64,000 nucleotides of DNA from a virus (lineage: Duplodnaviria; Caudoviricetes). Below are positions 29,055-39,148 of the stretch, piece by piece. The position numbers and the translations under genes are program-made. Location: IMG/VR virus record IMGVR_UViG_3300027819_000006; one strand, given 5' to 3'. Position 1 is the stretch's first letter; each line of letters begins with the position of its first letter. The notes beneath the pieces are model-generated. The model was not told the origin of the DNA and searched no databases. It saw nothing but the letters and a program-made list of their open reading frames with translations.

Positions 29055-29354
29055 TTATTTTCGAATTCCCATCATTTTTTGAGCTCGACCTCGAGCAATA
29101 TGAATACCTATCTTTTTGTTGTAGTTATCATTAAGACTACAATCTGCACTTCCTTCTGCAACTACATTTCCAGAATCATCTACAAACTGAAAGATTGTCT
29201 CTCCACCGAGAGGATCTACAACTGACTTGTCACCAAAGATATCATAAAGCTCTCGATGGCTGTAACTGCGAAAAGCTTCTCCTAAAACAATCTTATATTG
29301 AACCCTTGGATTGTCTAGATTGAGATATCTATGGTGATAAATATTTGTCTTCAT
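29055..29354 (-). CDS. conserved phage hypothetical protein
   Basis: CS..DNYNKKIG..IARGRA motif. Confidence 0.65.
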   Translation of the reverse strand: MKTNIYHHRYLNLDNPRVQYKIVLGEAFRSYSHRELYDIFGDKSVVDPLGGETIFQFVDDSGNVVAEGSADCSLNDNYNKKIGIHIARGRAQKMMGIRK

Positions 29355-29407
29355 GATAATATCTCCTTGTTTCGATTGTTTTTATTAACCACAGCCATTT
29401 TGTAATA

Positions 29408-29436
29408 AATATAAACAATTTATGAGCAAATGTAAA
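29408..29436 (-). promoter_or_regulatory. early-type promoter TTTACA-N17-TATATT
   Basis: one of seven copies. Confidence 0.7.
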
Positions 29437-29439
29437 CAA

Positions 29440-29691
29440 CTATTTTGATTTCTTTTTAGCAGATGAATATGATTTTGTTACATCTTTTGCAACTGAAATG
29501 TCTCTCAGTCTAATTGATACTATTTCTCCGTCTGAAACATCTTCAAAGTCAAACCATCCAGTGCCTATGGTAGAACTACTCTTTTCATATACATTGTTCA
29601 TAAAAATTTCTCTATTTACTGGAGACTTGACACATATTTTACAACCATAGACATTGATTTCTATAATATAGCTGCTTGTTTCTTCCACCAT
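29440..29691 (-). CDS. hypothetical protein
   Basis: ORF track, coupled to upstream stop. Confidence 0.55.
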   Translation of the reverse strand: MVEETSSYIIEINVYGCKICVKSPVNREIFMNNVYEKSSSTIGTGWFDFEDVSDGEIVSIRLRDISVAKDVTKSYSSAKKKSK

Positions 29692-29924
29692 TAGCTCTGT
29701 TCATTCATCAAGTTATCATCTGTAATGCTATGATCTATCATCCATTGAAACATTATAAAGTTGTCTATTACCATCTGTACCATTCTTCTTCTATCTCTCA
29801 TTTTGTTTATGTGGCGCATAGAATTTGGCTGTGCCATATACATCTGATCTTCAGATAGTAGATTGATTCTTCTGTCTAGACTGTTACCTAATCTCATGAA
29901 TTCTTGAATTGGTCTTAACTGCAT
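29691..29924 (-). CDS. hypothetical protein
   Basis: ORF with AAGGAG RBS. Confidence 0.6.
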   Translation of the reverse strand: MQLRPIQEFMRLGNSLDRRINLLSEDQMYMAQPNSMRHINKMRDRRRMVQMVIDNFIMFQWMIDHSITDDNLMNEQS

Positions 29925-29995
29925 GTACTTTACTCTCCTTATATAGTTTTTTAATTGTTATTATTTTTAATCAATTCTAATGAATTTTTAAACTG

Positions 29996-30781
29996 CTATT
30001 TATTGAATATTTCTATTGCTTGCATCCATCTACTAAATTCTCCAATGTCAATCCAATAGTCTCTAATTTTATATGTGGCAATTTTTAGATCATATTTTAG
30101 CAATACATTTATGATGTCTCCAAACTCTTTATAGTTTTCTTCCATATAAGAATTTAGATATGACATTACAAAACTGTAATAGTTGGCTGGAATATAATAC
30201 AATGAGCATGCTACTTTTTTAGATAGTATTTTGCCTGGTTTCTCATGTAGATTGTATACAAATTCTTCACCATATGATTTGTCAGAATTCATGAATAGCT
30301 GTCCAGCATTCAGAATATGATTTTCATCATTATCTTTTATATAAGCTATTCTAGCATAATCAAAATTTTTATGAGGTATAGTTTTAGAATGTTGCAAAGA
30401 TTGATTGACAAAATTGAATAAATCTTGTCTAGATATTAAATGATCTGCTGATAGAATGAATACATCTTCATTTTTACCATATTTCTTGTACATCTCTATC
30501 AGATCATTAAATCCCGAATGTTCATAGCCAGACAATTTATCACTATACAAATACATTCTGGGACTATTAATAGGTGATCTATCAGTAAATTTTATATAAT
30601 CTTCACTTTTTATACCTACAACTATATCATCAAATTTAATAAGCTTAATAGACAGAAGATTGTTAATTATATTATCTAATACAGTTGTATAGCTATCTAA
30701 TGGAAGCAATGGTTTAGGAATATATTTAGTTATTGGATAAAGTCTTGTACCTAAACCTGCAGCAGGAATTAATACTTTCAT
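29996..30781 (-). CDS. sugar-phosphate nucleotidyltransferase
   Basis: LIPAAGLGTRLYPITKYIPKPLLP, HEKP, WIDIG. Confidence 0.88.
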   Translation of the reverse strand: MKVLIPAAGLGTRLYPITKYIPKPLLPLDSYTTVLDNIINNLLSIKLIKFDDIVVGIKSEDYIKFTDRSPINSPRMYLYSDKLSGYEHSGFNDLIEMYKKYGKNEDVFILSADHLISRQDLFNFVNQSLQHSKTIPHKNFDYARIAYIKDNDENHILNAGQLFMNSDKSYGEEFVYNLHEKPGKILSKKVACSLYYIPANYYSFVMSYLNSYMEENYKEFGDIINVLLKYDLKIATYKIRDYWIDIGEFSRWMQAIEIFNK

Positions 30782-30792
30782 ATGCTTACTTT

Positions 30793-30993
30793 CTATTGCA
30801 AGATTTCTCTGTCATAATTCAGTCCCACTTTCTTGGCACAATTAATACACAACCATTTACGATATCTTTCAGAATATTTTGTTATGTTGAAAGTTCTTTT
30901 GCACATTTCACAGAAATAACCATCTATGTTCAGATCTTCTATTTCTTTCTTGTCTTCAAATAGTTTTGGAAATAAACCTAAAAATTTAATCAT
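30793..30993 (-). CDS. small zinc-finger protein
   Basis: CEMC...CINC. Confidence 0.55.
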   Translation of the reverse strand: MIKFLGLFPKLFEDKKEIEDLNIDGYFCEMCKRTFNITKYSERYRKWLCINCAKKVGLNYDREILQ

Positions 30994-31232
30994 TTATGTA
31001 CAAAATGAATACAGCCAAAATTTTCACCAATATTTAATTCCACTCTATAGCGTTCATGATCTTTATAGCCTATGCCATCTAATGGTATTTCTCTATCGCT
31101 CTCTCCATATTCTTCAGCTACAAGATAGATGATTTTATCAGATTTGCAATCTCCATATTTTTCTGACACTATGCTTCCATCATGTTTTTCCCACACAAAT
31201 CTTTCCCAAAATTTGCATTTGCTGCATGTCAT
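30990..31232 (-). CDS. small Cys-containing phage protein
   Basis: CSKCKFW...GDC...ENFGCIHF. Confidence 0.6.
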   Translation of the reverse strand: MTCSKCKFWERFVWEKHDGSIVSEKYGDCKSDKIIYLVAEEYGESDREIPLDGIGYKDHERYRVELNIGENFGCIHFVHK

Positions 31233-31849
31233 TTTAGCATATCTCCAAGAAAAGGTTTCAGCTTATCTTTTGCTCTTTCAATTGCCTTCCATACTCCCAT
31301 CGCTGTCATATCTAATTTTGCAGCTATATCTTCAAGAATCTTGTCTTCTCCGTCATCCAATCCGAATCTCATGATAATACATTTAGACTCTACTTCTGAT
31401 AAATCTGACATTTCAATCATCTTAAGAATATGATCCTTGTCATCTGTATTCTTTTGTCTAGTTCTTAGAGCATCTACTACATAATGAGTTTCTGTATTAT
31501 CTTGAATAGTCTGTAAATATAGCTCTTTATGTACAACTCTGTCTTTGTCAGAGTTGTCTCTGTTTAATCTGTATTGCTGGTTGATCCGATTCCAAGGAAT
31601 ATGCACATTCCTATTTTCATAAATGCTTTTTCTAATTTCTGCATTGATCCACCAAAACAAGTGTGTTTCAAACTTCACGCCTCTAGTTTCATCCCATTTC
31701 TGTGCACCAATTACGAGACCGAGGTTTCCAGATGCTACTAATTCTGATTCGTCTAAATTTGGATTTTTTCTAACATATATTTGAGCACATTTTCTTGATA
31801 ACCACTGATAGTCTTTACAAATTTTTTCTATAGTTTTGTCATTATTCAT
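31229..31849 (-). CDS. RNA polymerase sigma70-family factor (regions 2 and 4)
   Basis: ELVASGNLGLVIGAQKWDETRGVKFETHLFWWI; RFGLDDGEDKILEDIAAKLDMT. Confidence 0.88.
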   Translation of the reverse strand: MNNDKTIEKICKDYQWLSRKCAQIYVRKNPNLDESELVASGNLGLVIGAQKWDETRGVKFETHLFWWINAEIRKSIYENRNVHIPWNRINQQYRLNRDNSDKDRVVHKELYLQTIQDNTETHYVVDALRTRQKNTDDKDHILKMIEMSDLSEVESKCIIMRFGLDDGEDKILEDIAAKLDMTAMGVWKAIERAKDKLKPFLGDMLK

Positions 31850-31861
31850 AGATGTCCTTAT

Positions 31862-32062
31862 TCAGATTGTATTATTACTTTCTACAATATCGAAATCTTC
31901 TGTACTATCTACAAACATCGGAGTTCCTACTCCTAAATCTTTGCACTTGTCAAATACTCCAAATGGGTCTCTGCTAATAAATCGATACACCTGTGTCTCA
32001 TTAACTTCCCATCGATTTGGAGCATAGTAGCCTGAACCATTCCAGTAAATAACTGTTTTCAT
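31862..32062 (-). CDS. hypothetical protein
   Basis: ORF track. Confidence 0.55.
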   Translation of the reverse strand: MKTVIYWNGSGYYAPNRWEVNETQVYRFISRDPFGVFDKCKDLGVGTPMFVDSTEDFDIVESNNTI

Positions 32063-32066
32063 TTTT

Positions 32067-33371
32067 TCAATCCTCCACTTTACAGTGTGTAATGATTGTC
32101 TGTTTGCAACCCTTGAATTCAGAATGATCTTTTACAGTTCCTTTAACTTTGTAGAATTTTCCTTCATCAAGATTGTTTGAAGAAGCAAACCAATTAACTT
32201 TATTTCCACTCATATCTTCAAAGATGTGTAGATGAGAAATTCCATAAGCTGTTTCAAAGCTTGTAACTTTATTTAGTTTCAGCTCAAAGATTTCTCTCTT
32301 TCCAATTGTCCCAACATGGTTTGAAATCTTTGCTTCTTTTGCAATCTTCTCATAATGTTCAACTTCTCTGTTATATGCAGGAACCAGACAAGCTGCAAGA
32401 TTGACCATTTTATGATCAATCATCTCTGAAGAAGTTATGACTCTCAGATTAAAATCGAAATCTGAAAGAGTGTCAACATCTGCATTGACAAATTTATTTG
32501 TAGCCCAGTCAATGACTTTGACAATCTTTTCTCTGTTCTTTGTAGTAATCTCTACCTTGTCTCTCGAATCAAGTTTGAATCCACGGAGGCCATAATAGAA
32601 ATTGTCAAATGCCCTGCTTGAAGTTGTAGGAATGTAGTAATCTGTCTTACCAGAATCATAGAGTTCATTAGACTTCTTCTTACTCATCCAACCAAACTTT
32701 TCAATGCAAGCATCTACATAGACAAGAAACTGATCAAGAGGGATGTATCTACTTTCTCTGTGACCGTAATAAGAACCTTCACATTCATCAAAAGTAGCAG
32801 CAATTGTATGCCAAAATTCAGCATATGCCAAGAAATATTCAGGATTGGGATGACCCAAAAAATCTCGAATACAGCTTCTGCCAACCTGCTTATAGTCATT
32901 CAAATCATTCTTGACTACAAAAGTTTCTCTACGATAGATTCCTTTGTGGCAATGATCACAATTGTAACGATTAGCATCTCTATACTGAAGAGGAACTTCT
33001 TCTCCAGGAACTTTCTTGATCAGCACTGCATTTGCTTCATCAGAAACATGCTGAAGTTCTGCAACAAGATGCCATCCATTGATTACTGGAGAGTCTCCAA
33101 CAACTTTTACATCTAACGTCTTGATCATTCCAAGAGACTCTCCAGTAGTTTCATCCTTCTTTTCTACAAAATGTTCAGAAACTACCACAATCTCAAGAGT
33201 ATTGCATCCTAACTTCACAGCTTTCTTGTTTATCTTTTCAATCTTCTCTTTCAGAATGAACATATTAGATTCAGGAATGCTTCTAACTTCTGTCTCTTTG
33301 AGTTCCATTTTAGAGCTCCTGAATTGAGATTGTCTATTTTGTATGGTTAAATATAAACAATCTATGTTCAA
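32067..33371 (-). CDS. conserved phage protein with CxxC and C-terminal OB-fold-like domain (start probably MELKE at 33308)
   Basis: CDHC...VGRSCIRDF; HVGTIGKRE...YG...HIFED..GN...WFAS. Confidence 0.65.
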   Translation of the reverse strand: MNIDCLYLTIQNRQSQFRSSKMELKETEVRSIPESNMFILKEKIEKINKKAVKLGCNTLEIVVVSEHFVEKKDETTGESLGMIKTLDVKVVGDSPVINGWHLVAELQHVSDEANAVLIKKVPGEEVPLQYRDANRYNCDHCHKGIYRRETFVVKNDLNDYKQVGRSCIRDFLGHPNPEYFLAYAEFWHTIAATFDECEGSYYGHRESRYIPLDQFLVYVDACIEKFGWMSKKKSNELYDSGKTDYYIPTTSSRAFDNFYYGLRGFKLDSRDKVEITTKNREKIVKVIDWATNKFVNADVDTLSDFDFNLRVITSSEMIDHKMVNLAACLVPAYNREVEHYEKIAKEAKISNHVGTIGKREIFELKLNKVTSFETAYGISHLHIFEDMSGNKVNWFASSNNLDEGKFYKVKGTVKDHSEFKGCKQTIITHCKVED

Positions 33372-33378
33372 AAGTAAA
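33350..33378 (-). promoter_or_regulatory. early-type promoter TTTACT-N17-TATATT
   Basis: 33346-33381 is identical (36 nt) to 43204-43239. Confidence 0.75.
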
Positions 33379-33386
33379 GGACTTTT

Positions 33387-33686
33387 TTAAAACTCTTCTG
33401 GAGGTCCCCAATCCATCATATCATCAGTATCTAATCCAGAATACATGCTATATCCATAGATAGGGTCTTTGCTATAGTATGCTTTGTATTCATGTCTTTT
33501 TCTATCCAATGGACACTTAACATGAATCCACCAATTTTTGCAAGAATTGTCAATTAGCGTAGTTCTTATCTCATCCCCTATATAAATATCTCTTTGACAA
33601 GCTCTGCATATACCAGAATATCTTGCTATAGCTGTCTTTTTAACGTGCTTAGCTATTGATTCATTAATTTTATTGATGTTGATCAT
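33387..33686 (-). CDS. small zinc-binding hypothetical protein
   Basis: ARYSGICRAC...HVKC. Confidence 0.6.
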   Translation of the reverse strand: MININKINESIAKHVKKTAIARYSGICRACQRDIYIGDEIRTTLIDNSCKNWWIHVKCPLDRKRHEYKAYYSKDPIYGYSMYSGLDTDDMMDWGPPEEF

Positions 33687-33833
33687 TTTATTCTTCTACA
33701 GCATAATAAATTGTGAAGGCTGAAAGATTAAAAAATATGAAACATGCATTTACTAAATCTTTAGCTATGACAAAACACATAGCATTTATGATAGCTAAAA
33801 TTAAGTGAAAGTTTCTTCTAAAATGAATGCTGT

Positions 33834-34982
33834 TCACTGTGAAATCCTCTCAAGAAACTTGACAGCATCGCCTAAAGTATTAGTCTGTTTTCTAATGAAA
33901 ATTTTGATATTATTTTCTATATCTTCATATTTTAGATCGTTCTTCTGCTCTATAATAGAATAGCACTGCATGATTACAGGAAACAGAAACTCTGATTTAT
34001 TAGCAATTGCTAAATCTTTCCTGCTTCCTTCAAAGACCATAAACTTCATTTCTATTTCATCGATCGATTTAATCATCCAATGCAGTATTTTATGTGTAAT
34101 ATCTTCAATTTTTGTTCTTGCAGGATCATCTTTATCAATTGCAGAAACTGCATCGTCAACATTCTCATTTAAAATTGCTGAAATAATCCAATTCTCTTTT
34201 CCAATATCTTCTGTGAGTAATTTATGATTATCAAGATACCACTGAGTTTTGATCTTCATCATCTGTCCATCTTCAAAAGTAACAACCCAACCTTCTGTAT
34301 CTTTTAAATCTTTAGTCAAATACATGAGATAGTCTAAATTATTAGACAGAGGAGTGAAATATGGAACAGTTTTGATGCCAAATCTATCTTCATATTTATA
34401 GACATCTAAATACTTGCCAGTGTCTTCTTCTCTTAGTTGCAACAACTGCAATTCACTTTTCCTATATCGTAGAACAATTCTATTTGCAGGGCTAATGTAT
34501 TCAAAAATTGCTGCCAAATTGTTGTCTAATGTGTAATCAATGAAATATTTGAATTCTTTATCTGAATTATAGACACTTTCAGCAAATGTAGTCTGATCAT
34601 TTCCAAAATCATATTTAGTTTTTGCAATAACTCTACCATTTGGAAGACGAATAAAACGAATCATTGTCCCATCTAACTTGTCCTGAATTCTGATAATCTT
34701 CTTATATTTTACGTCTGAATAATGATAACCTTCAGTTTGTCCAAGGTTAAAGAATTTATGAAGCATTATATACCTCATATTTCTATAATTAATATAAGAT
34801 AATCCTCTGAGTTCAAAAGCTTTATAATCTTCATCGCGCAAAGGTTTTTCAAAATCAGAATAACTTGCAAGTCTATAATTGAACACATGAATATCATAGC
34901 CATCAACATTGACAATCTTTTTAAGAAAAGCATCATTATTTCTGACTATTTCTAGAGCTTGATTATAGTTTGGTATAAACAT
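33834..34982 (-). CDS. RNA ligase (T4 Rnl1-like)
   Basis: AFELRG, KFFN, motif I KLDG, FEY, EGWVV, MKIK. Confidence 0.88.
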   Translation of the reverse strand: MFIPNYNQALEIVRNNDAFLKKIVNVDGYDIHVFNYRLASYSDFEKPLRDEDYKAFELRGLSYINYRNMRYIMLHKFFNLGQTEGYHYSDVKYKKIIRIQDKLDGTMIRFIRLPNGRVIAKTKYDFGNDQTTFAESVYNSDKEFKYFIDYTLDNNLAAIFEYISPANRIVLRYRKSELQLLQLREEDTGKYLDVYKYEDRFGIKTVPYFTPLSNNLDYLMYLTKDLKDTEGWVVTFEDGQMMKIKTQWYLDNHKLLTEDIGKENWIISAILNENVDDAVSAIDKDDPARTKIEDITHKILHWMIKSIDEIEMKFMVFEGSRKDLAIANKSEFLFPVIMQCYSIIEQKNDLKYEDIENNIKIFIRKQTNTLGDAVKFLERISQ

Positions 34983-35893
34983 TTATTTTATTTCTTTTAT
35001 CGACCATCCATTAGTGTTGTTTCGCAATTCTGTTTTTCTATTACATCTGCTTTCTGATATGATGCCCTTGTCTATATGAATTCTTATAGTATTATATGAA
35101 AGTTTATTCTCTTTACAAAATTCTGTTAATCTGCCGTGCACCATATAATAATTATCAGATCTATCTATTAAAACATAAGTTTTTGCATTGCTTTTTACTC
35201 CATTTCTTTTTCTTGTTTCTTGAATTTTGTTTATATGCTCTTTAGTAAGTTTGCATCCAGTTTTATGTTTTTTAGTAGATATAGATATCTTTTCTCTCGT
35301 TTCTAAGCTGTGAGTTCTTCCATAGAAACTATTTCCTTCTCCAGTTTGAGATTTACTAATTTTATCTTTATTTTCTTGTTTATATAGAGGATTGTCTTTT
35401 TTAAATCTTTCAGATGCTTCTTTTTTTCTTTTTTCTATTTCTGAACTATCTTTCATTATTTCTTCATAAGACTTTCCTTTAAAAGCATCAGAAAGTTTTT
35501 TTTTTGTTTCTGGTAGGGTTTCATGTCCCGTAAGAGATTTTGATATTTTTGATTTTATATCGTCAGATCTTTTTATACCAAAATTTACACTATCTTCTCC
35601 AGCGCCCCAGCCATCTCCTCCAGGAGTTATGTTATATCCATCTTTCTGACTATTATAGAATTTAATATAAAACATTTCTTTGTTTTTTATTTCATTTATG
35701 TCATCTGATTCATCTAAAAGCTTTACTTCAAAATTTTCTTTTGAATATTTTTTAATAGCTGAAGCTATAATACTTCTACCCCTTTTACAATCATTGTTGC
35801 AATGTTCTTCAAATCTTTCTTGTATAGTTTTAGAAGTATATCCTATGTAGCATTTATTGTTATACATGTTATTTTATATATTTTATATTTCAT
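34983..35893 (-). pseudogene. GIY-YIG homing endonuclease with NUMOD3/NUMOD1-like tail; one-base frameshift at about 35860
   Basis: MKYKIYKITC in one frame, NNKCYIGYT..RF.EH...E..YI...GYN in the next. Confidence 0.8.
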
Positions 35894-35914
35894 TTAAAAG
35901 CTCCTTAAAGTTAT

Positions 35915-35924
35915 AATAAATATA
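35915..35924 (-). promoter_or_regulatory. putative late promoter variant (TATATTTATT)
   Basis: upstream of GIY-YIG gene. Confidence 0.4.
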
Positions 35925-35962
35925 ACTCTCAAGAGCTTATTGTTTGGTTTATTATAAAAAAA

Positions 35963-36199
35963 TTACCATTTGTTGAGCATTAAATATCTTGCATTTCTAA
36001 AATGTGTGAATGAAATTCCTCTCAATTCAAATGCATCAATGTCATCATTGTCAGAAATTGGATGCACAAAATCATTCAATGAAGCAAGTCTGTAGTTATA
36101 AATGGTGATAGGATAACCATCAATAGTTACAGTCTTCTTCATGAATGCTTCGTTATTTTTGACTATTTGATCGCAATCATTTTGAGTTGGGATGAACAT
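35963..36199 (-). pseudogene. orphan duplicate of RNA ligase 5' end
   Basis: about 43 of 78 aa identical (manual) to N-terminus of 33834..34982. Confidence 0.85.
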
Positions 36200-36304
36200 T
36201 TAGTATCTTTTAAAAATTAAATATCTCTATGCAGTATATCAGCATTCTAAACATTTCTGACATGATAGTTAGATAGCTGCATAGAGCCTTTATATAAGGA
36301 GATT

Positions 36305-36520
36305 TTAACATTTTTGTGACAAACCATACTTTATAGCAAAAAGAAAAGTAACTAAGCACATGCTAAAAACAAAACATATTAAATTTATAGAAATTCTATC
36401 AACATAGATATTAATAAAAAGACTTAGTGCTGCTGCAAACATGTTGATAGCAATAGCAAGATTTAAATATTTCATGATGCACTCCTTAAAAAATCCAATT
36501 GATTTCATCAAACTCATCAT
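36305..36520 (-). CDS. small membrane protein
   Basis: two hydrophobic stretches; start probably MKYLN. Confidence 0.55.
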   Translation of the reverse strand: MMSLMKSIGFFKECIMKYLNLAIAINMFAAALSLFINIYVDRISINLICFVFSMCLVTFLFAIKYGLSQKC

Positions 36521-37553
36521 AAGCAGGAACCATGAATTGTCTCATCTTATTCACGATTACATCTTTAGCCAATGTTTTCTTCACTCTGTTACCATTTCTT
36601 TCCATGATCGTATTGTATCCTGTAGCAAAAACAATTGCTATTGTATTATAGATATTCTTAGGAATATTGCTCAAATACTTCCTCCTAAACTTTCTTGTCA
36701 TATTCGTCATATCTATAACAAAAGTCTTATTCTTGTTCAGCAATTCTTTAAATTTAGCACTGACAATTTTGTCTATTGCATCATGATCAACATTTCTGAA
36801 ACATTCATTGTAGTCTGTATCTACAGGAAATATGGAAGTAACCACATCGTCTCTGCTTAATACATTGCAATTTGCATAATTGGCCAATTGATATGTAGTC
36901 TTGCCACAATTGGGTGGTCCAACCATGAACACTACTTCTGCTTTCTTTTTGACATATTGCTTTGAATTGCTTGCTGTTTGAAAAAGTATGTCATTAAATA
37001 TAGCATTATTTAGAACTTCTTTGTCAAATACTTCATCTGTAATTCTGCCAAGATGATCACATAAGATGTGTCTAAAAACATAATCCATCAAATGTATCTG
37101 ATTTGTGAATCTTTCTGCTACTTTTTTGATAAACTTTGTAGTCATAACTTCTGGATTTAAAATTCCATAGAATTCTCCATGCAGAGATATGATATTGAGA
37201 ATCATCTTTTTGTCAGCAACAGATATTTCATCTCCTAATTTATTCAAGACATCAATAGCTAAATAGAAAGATAGACCAGCATGCCCAATGAAATTTTTCC
37301 TACCATTATTTTCATTGTATCCTGTAGCCATGGGCTTGCCAAGATCATGCAAAAGTATAGCAGATTGCAAAATATCATCTTTTGGATACATCTCTTTTGC
37401 ACAGTCATATACCATCATTGTATGCTTAAGAATATCTCCCTCCATGTGAAACGGAGATATCACAGTCTCAGAATGATGAGAGCAGTTGCTCATCAAATCT
37501 TTTAAACTAGAAAATTCTGTATTCAGAAGATCTAAAATTTTAGTGTTTAGCAT
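36486..37553 (-). CDS. HD-domain phosphohydrolase fused to P-loop polynucleotide kinase
   Basis: HMEGDI..HT, LLHDLGK, GHA; GPPNCGKTT, SRDD, IDMTN. Confidence 0.85.
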   Translation of the reverse strand: MLNTKILDLLNTEFSSLKDLMSNCSHHSETVISPFHMEGDILKHTMMVYDCAKEMYPKDDILQSAILLHDLGKPMATGYNENNGRKNFIGHAGLSFYLAIDVLNKLGDEISVADKKMILNIISLHGEFYGILNPEVMTTKFIKKVAERFTNQIHLMDYVFRHILCDHLGRITDEVFDKEVLNNAIFNDILFQTASNSKQYVKKKAEVVFMVGPPNCGKTTYQLANYANCNVLSRDDVVTSIFPVDTDYNECFRNVDHDAIDKIVSAKFKELLNKNKTFVIDMTNMTRKFRRKYLSNIPKNIYNTIAIVFATGYNTIMERNGNRVKKTLAKDVIVNKMRQFMVPAYDEFDEINWIF

Positions 37554-37559
37554 TTAAAT

Positions 37560-37754
37560 TTAGTTCACCTTTGTAAAATTCATTTCTGTCAATCTGTACA
37601 TATAAGACGTGTCACGACTATTTAAATATTTTACTTCTTTTACTCCATTTTTATAATGCTGTTCAAAAAACAAAGTATTCGCATATGGAGAATTCATTTT
37701 CCAATTTGCATCTGGATTTTGTCTGGTTTTTATTTCTACAACATAAATTTTCAT
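37560..37754 (-). CDS. hypothetical protein
   Basis: downstream of early promoter. Confidence 0.55.
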   Translation of the reverse strand: MKIYVVEIKTRQNPDANWKMNSPYANTLFFEQHYKNGVKEVKYLNSRDTSYMYRLTEMNFTKVN

Positions 37755-37788
37755 AATGTCTCCTTTGTGAGAACCATTTTATAGTTTA

Positions 37789-37817
37789 AATATAACAAAT
37801 TAAATTGCTAAAGTAAA
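37789..37817 (-). promoter_or_regulatory. early-type promoter TTTACT-N17-TATATT
   Basis: one of seven copies. Confidence 0.65.
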
Positions 37818-37833
37818 GGAGTTTTGTTCATGT

Positions 37834-38088
37834 TCAATCTTTTTTATCTTTATCTATTTGCCAGAATGCCCAGCAAGTTATGATTATTGCATCTCTTTCA
37901 GTTTCATCTTCTGCTAAATTGAATTTATCGTAGTTTTCCTGATACTCTGATTCCTTTATGCTTCCTTGTTCGATACTTTTTGTAAGTATAAAATCTATAT
38001 AGTAGTGCCTCTGTTCTTCTGTTAATTTTGGAGGATCAGTTTTACTTACTAGAATGTCCATATTTATCCAATCTTTGACATGTACCAT
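37834..38088 (-). CDS. hypothetical protein
   Basis: ORF track. Confidence 0.5.
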   Translation of the reverse strand: MVHVKDWINMDILVSKTDPPKLTEEQRHYYIDFILTKSIEQGSIKESEYQENYDKFNLAEDETERDAIIITCWAFWQIDKDKKD

Positions 38089-38321
38089 CTACTGGCTGCT
38101 TCATCAAGAATTGCTGCCTCAACAAGCATCAGAGCTGTTTGATGGCAGTGTTCTTTTGCTATTTCTGTATACAATTTGAAAATGTGAGTATTTTCTTTTA
38201 TGATGTTAGTGTTTCTGAGAATATAAAGTTCATTTATCAAAGTTAGCAAGTTTTCATCTGTGCATCTTGACATGTACCAAGAGTTAATATCATTGAGTGT
38301 CATCTTAAACCCTTTCAGCAT
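38064..38321 (-). CDS. hypothetical protein, paralogue of 39149..39411
   Basis: DENLLTLINEL...AASRW. Confidence 0.6.
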   Translation of the reverse strand: MLKGFKMTLNDINSWYMSRCTDENLLTLINELYILRNTNIIKENTHIFKLYTEIAKEHCHQTALMLVEAAILDEAASRWYMSKIG

Positions 38322-38872
38322 ATAGTACTATAGTTTACTGTGTGCCCTTTTATAGTTTCTAAATAGTTCAATCCACCAATCGTAATACTTCTGTTCTTTT
38401 TCATCAATTTCTTTGAGATCAAACTTTCATATACAACATCTTCAAATTTTGGTCTAAATGCTGCAATTAAAGCTCTTGAATAATATAGAGCTTTCTTTTC
38501 ATCTTCTGTAAGTTCAAAATTGTTATGCTGTGGTAAAAACTGAGTAGCATCTGAAGATGTATAGATTGTACAAGACTCAGGATATGTACTAATTTTTACA
38601 ACTATGCAACTTGCCGGTACTTCAATATCATTCTGCTCACCTTTGTAGTTGTAATCTAAACCCGAATAATATAAATCTTTGTCATTGAGTTCAACAAATT
38701 TGTCATTTTTTAAAGCAAAAACTTTATAGAAATTAGAGCAACCATCATGCCAAGGAGCATGAATTGAAAACTTTCCCTTCTGATCAATTGCAAACTTTCT
38801 CAAATCTTTTTGAAGCTTTGACTTGACATAAGTTCTGATTTCATATGGAACTTCAGAAGATTTGATGATCAT
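38315..38872 (-). CDS. hypothetical protein
   Basis: 185 aa ORF with GGAG RBS. Confidence 0.7.
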   Translation of the reverse strand: MIIKSSEVPYEIRTYVKSKLQKDLRKFAIDQKGKFSIHAPWHDGCSNFYKVFALKNDKFVELNDKDLYYSGLDYNYKGEQNDIEVPASCIVVKISTYPESCTIYTSSDATQFLPQHNNFELTEDEKKALYYSRALIAAFRPKFEDVVYESLISKKLMKKNRSITIGGLNYLETIKGHTVNYSTIC

Positions 38873-38893
38873 GTTTTTTAATCTCCATTATTA

Positions 38894-39094
38894 TCAAGCT
38901 TCTGTATAAAGCCCTTGAATGCCAGCCTTCTTCATCTCTGGAATTGTATAAATCTTTGTGAGCTGAGGATCTGAAACAATCCAGACGATATGATCAGTGT
39001 CAAACTTCTTCGTCTTTGATTCGATATCCCTAGCATCTTGGAAGTTTGTAATCCATTTCATTGTAGTTCTCCATTTTAGAAGTGGAGGAACCAT
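38894..39094 (-). CDS. hypothetical protein (start probably MKWIT)
   Basis: downstream of promoter. Confidence 0.55.
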   Translation of the reverse strand: MVPPLLKWRTTMKWITNFQDARDIESKTKKFDTDHIVWIVSDPQLTKIYTIPEMKKAGIQGLYTEA

Positions 39095-39111
39095 ATTTTA
39101 TTTAATGATTA

Positions 39112-39140
39112 AATATAAACAATCTACGATGAAAAGTAAA
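39112..39140 (-). promoter_or_regulatory. early-type promoter TTTACT-N17-TATATT
   Basis: one of seven copies. Confidence 0.72.
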
Positions 39141-39148
39141 GGACTATT

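Noticed and set aside
34983-35962. Group I intron in RNA ligase (likewise in the gp15-like gene)
   Set aside because: The flanks are duplicated overlapping segments with a complete gene on one side, not complementary exons; no intron core recognised
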